DNA of 64,000 bases, taken from Squalus acanthias. Its lineage: Eukaryota. The stretch lies in assembly GCA_030390025.1 (NCBI GenBank), contig CM059438.1, positions 57,352,001 through 57,416,000 of the forward strand. The letters are read 5' to 3'. The position numbers were made by a program, and so were the translations under genes. The first letter of the stretch is position 1, and every line of letters starts with the position of its first letter. Shown in pieces: positions 61,890-64,000 of the stretch. The notes beneath the pieces are model-generated. The model was not told the DNA's origin. It did no database searches and worked only from the letters and a program-made list of their open reading frames with translations.

Positions 61890-63747
61890 TAGGGTGCCCA
61901 TACGTCCCCGTTTTCTGGGTACAGTCCCCGGATGAGGTACTGTATTCCCAGGCAAACAATGTCCCCGAAGAGTCCCCAGTTCACAAAACTCATCCCCGAA
62001 GTGTACCCATCAGCAGTGAGTGCACCCCTGAGCTGTCAGTTTGTGGCTCTAAGGCTAAATTAAACCACAACTTGTACAATGGCCAGAGTGATTCACTGCG
62101 CATGCACAACAGGGCGGTCTTTCTGCGCATGTGCTGGTTGTTGTTTCTGAGTTTCTGGCCGGGCTCGTGCTGTTTGATTGTTGGCATAGCAACTGGAGCG
62201 GGTGAGGGAGAAGCCATGGGGGAGGGCCCGGTCACACTCACCAGGGGAATGGGGGGAGGCCTAATCCTAGACACTGTGGGGGAATCAAGTGTGACCTCAG
62301 TCACTGGCGGGGGAGGGTCAGGAGTGATCTCAGTCACTGGGGGGGGGGGGGGGGGGGGTCAGGTGTGACCTCAGTCACTGGGGGGGGGGGGGGGGGGGTG
62401 AGATGTGATCTCAGTCACTGGGGGGGGGGGCGGGTGTGACCTCAGTCACTGGGGGGGCGGTGAGATGTGATCTCAGTCACTGGGTGGGCGGGTCAGGTGT
62501 GATCTCAGACACTGGGGGGAGGGGTCAGGTGTGATCTCAGTCACTGGGGGGAGGGGTCAGGTGTGATCTCAGTCACTGGGGGGAGGGGTCAGGTGTGATC
62601 TCAGTCACTGGGGGGGCGGTGAGATGTGATCTGTCACGGGGGGGGCGGGTCAGGTGTGACCTCAGTCACTGGGGGGGGGGGTCAGGTGTGACCTCAGTCA
62701 CTGGGGGGGCGGTGAGATGTGATCTGTCACTGGGGGGAGGGGTCAGGTGTGATCTCAGTCACTGGGGGGGCGGGTCAGGTGTGACCTCAGTCACTGGGGG
62801 GGCGGCGAGATGTGATCTCAGTCACTGGGGGGAGGGGTCAGGTGTGATCTCAGTCACTGGGGGGAGGGGTCAGGTGTGATCTCAGTCACTGGGGGGAGGG
62901 GTCAGGTGTGATCTCAGTCACTGGGAGGGGGTCAGGTGTGACCTCAGTCACTGGGGGGGGGGGCGGGTGTGACCTCAGTCACTGGGGGTGGGGGTGAGAT
63001 GTGATCTCAGTCACTGGGGGTGGGGGTGAGATGTGATCTCAGTCATTGGGGGGGGGTCAGGTGTGACCTCAGTCACTGCGGGGGGGGGGGCGGTGAGATG
63101 TGATCTCAGTCACTGGGGGGGGTCAGGTGTGATCTCAGTCACTGGGGGGGGGGGTCAGGTGTGACCTCAGACACTGGGGGGGCGGTGAGATGTGATCTCA
63201 GTCACTGGGGGGGCGGGTCAGGTGTGATCTCAGACACTGGGGGGGGTCAGGAGTGACCTCAGTCACTGGGGGGGATTGGGGTCAGGAGTGACCTCAGTCA
63301 CTGGGGGGAGGGGTCAGGTGTGATCTCAGTCACTGGGGGGGCAGGTCAGGTGTGACCTCAGTCACTGGGGGGAGGGGTCAGGTGTGATCTCAGTCACTGG
63401 GGGGGCAGGTCAGGTGTGACCTCAGTCACTGGGGGGAGGGGTCAGGTGTGACCTCAGTCACTGGGGGGAGGGGTCAGGTGTGATCTCAGTCACTGGGGGG
63501 GATTGGGGTCAGGTGTGACCTCAGTCACTGGGGGGGGGGACGGGCAGGTGTCTGAATGCATTTCAATAGTACGGCATCACATCCGCGGTAATTATATGCA
63601 CATTTGGTTTACATTTGTAGTGTATATATACAACTGTTAATATATAGGCTGCTAAAAAATTTTGCCTCGCTTTGTTGTGCAACCTACATTTTCCGTCCTG
63701 GCTACTCTGCGTGTCCCTGGATTTGGTTTGAAAATATGGTCACCCTA
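61890..63747. mobile_element. Non-autonomous hAT (Blackjack-like) element
   Basis: TIR TAGGGTGCCCATA / TATGGTCACCCTA; 8-bp TSD TGTTAATG / TGTTAAAG. Confidence 0.88.
62285..63550. repeat. G-rich minisatellite, about 31-37-bp unit, roughly 38 copies
   Basis: Constant TCAGGTGTGA(C/T)CTCAGTCACT followed by variable G runs. Confidence 0.95.
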
Positions 63748-64000
63748 TGTTAAAGGTGCCATATAAATCCAGGTTGTTGTTGAGTGACCAAGTACAGATG
63801 AGGAAGAATCAGTGGTGCCAGCTGCCCAAGGCCAGGTACTTGCTGGGTGATGGTCCAGAAGCTGGACTCTGTTGAGCAGAGGTCTGGGAACCAGCTCCTG
63901 TTGCTGATGCTGGTTCATATCTGACACGGCCTGCTCAGAAACACGGGCCTAGAAATTTGGCCATGCAGCGCCCGTTTTTCAGGCATTTAACGGCCTTGTC

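Noticed and set aside
62285..63550. CRISPR-like palindromic repeat with spacers
   Set aside because: The apparent spacers are only G homopolymer variants; the array is inside a hAT element in a eukaryotic context

Overview
Eukaryotic, repeat-dominated window, most likely from a cartilaginous fish (inferred from dense CR1 LINEs, an HE1-like V-SINE and Penelope/L2 tails). No bacterial genes or CRISPR arrays are present. Most of it is nested transposable elements: many CR1 LINEs (two near full length with ZnF/leucine-zipper/esterase ORF1 and tandem-repeat 5' UTRs), a complete but decayed Gypsy LTR element (123-bp LTRs, 5-bp TSD, tRNA-Ser PBS), several PIF/Harbinger elements and MITEs (one with a 310-aa open transposase core, others with intron-containing Myb/SANT partner genes), a Penelope element with inverted pLTRs carrying hammerhead ribozyme motifs, a decayed hAT transposase and a hAT/Blackjack-like element filled with a G-rich minisatellite. 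The least explained signal is three paralogous, in-frame, phase-2/phase-2 small exons on the minus strand (59681-59752, 53397-53471, 28092-28154) with duplicated intron flanks. They suggest that much of the window is intronic to an unidentified host gene grown by tandem exon duplication. Coordinates were read by eye and may be off by a few bases.
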